A DNA stretch of 26,157 nt from a virus (Duplodnaviria > Caudoviricetes). Under the pieces are notes generated by a model. That model was given only the letters and a program-made list of their open reading frames with translations, had not been told where the DNA came from and made no database searches. Where the stretch lies: IMG/VR virus record IMGVR_UViG_3300035527_000120, positions 1 through 26,157 of that record; one strand, written 5' to 3'. Positions within the stretch are counted from its first letter, which is position 1, and every line of letters starts with the position of its first letter. This document shows positions 25,994-26,157 of this stretch, one piece after another. A program made the position numbers and the translations under genes.

Positions 25994-26157
25994 ATGACAA
26001 AGACAATTACATACCAACGGACAAACAAGGCGGGCCGGAAAAAAGCCGTCACATTAAAAACAAACAAGCCTTTACATATACACGCATTAGAAGATTTTAT
26101 GTTAAGGTGTATTCGGTTGGACGTGAATATCGACCCGGACACGTTGATTGATTCCGT
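25994..26157 (+). CDS. Putative early gene, partial (runs off right edge)
   Basis: GGAGG at 25981, ATG 25994, open frame MTKTITYQRTNKAGRKKAVTLKTNKPLHIHALEDFMLRCIRLDVNIDPDTLIDS... to the window end. Confidence 0.6.
   Translation, partial: MTKTITYQRTNKAGRKKAVTLKTNKPLHIHALEDFMLRCIRLDVNIDPDTLIDS

Noticed and set aside
24840-26142. Short track ORFs in the noncoding junction (24840-25073, 25205-25534, 25325-25552, 25350-25544, 25767-26006, 25776-25997, 25843-26142)
   Set aside because: Mutually overlapping, no convincing RBS or protein-like composition; several overlap the sigma70 promoter and the better-supported ORF at 25994.

Overview
Late (virion morphogenesis) region of a long-tailed (siphovirus-like) dsDNA phage or prophage. 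The host is most likely bacterial: there is a canonical sigma70 promoter at 25924-25952 and GGAGG ribosome-binding sites throughout. Almost all genes lie on the minus strand. Read in transcription order (right to left): small accessory/structural genes, probable tail tube, HK97-type prohead protease with a long acidic scaffold extension, major capsid protein and an intrinsic terminator. Next comes a ~9.2 kb cassette of ten glycan-synthesis/modification genes (double GT9, NDP-sugar dehydrogenase, HxGH nucleotidyltransferase, APS kinase, two sulfotransferases, two methyltransferases, HNH-cytidylyltransferase fusion, GT4), plus a degenerate NTP-transferase just beyond it. Then follow head-tail joining genes, tail chaperones, tape measure and a large DUF2341/LamG tail protein that runs off the left edge. 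No portal or terminase is present. The most notable system is an apparently self-sufficient PAPS-dependent sulfated-glycan pathway inside the virion operon, suggesting a sulfated glycan coat on the virion. Other signals: a 28-bp motif repeated upstream of three late transcription units (candidate phage-specific late promoter), four homing-endonuclease-type genes of three families, and a 1.2-kb noncoding late/early junction with a helically phased GAAGTCT array. All calls come from motif recognition by eye; no database searches were run.
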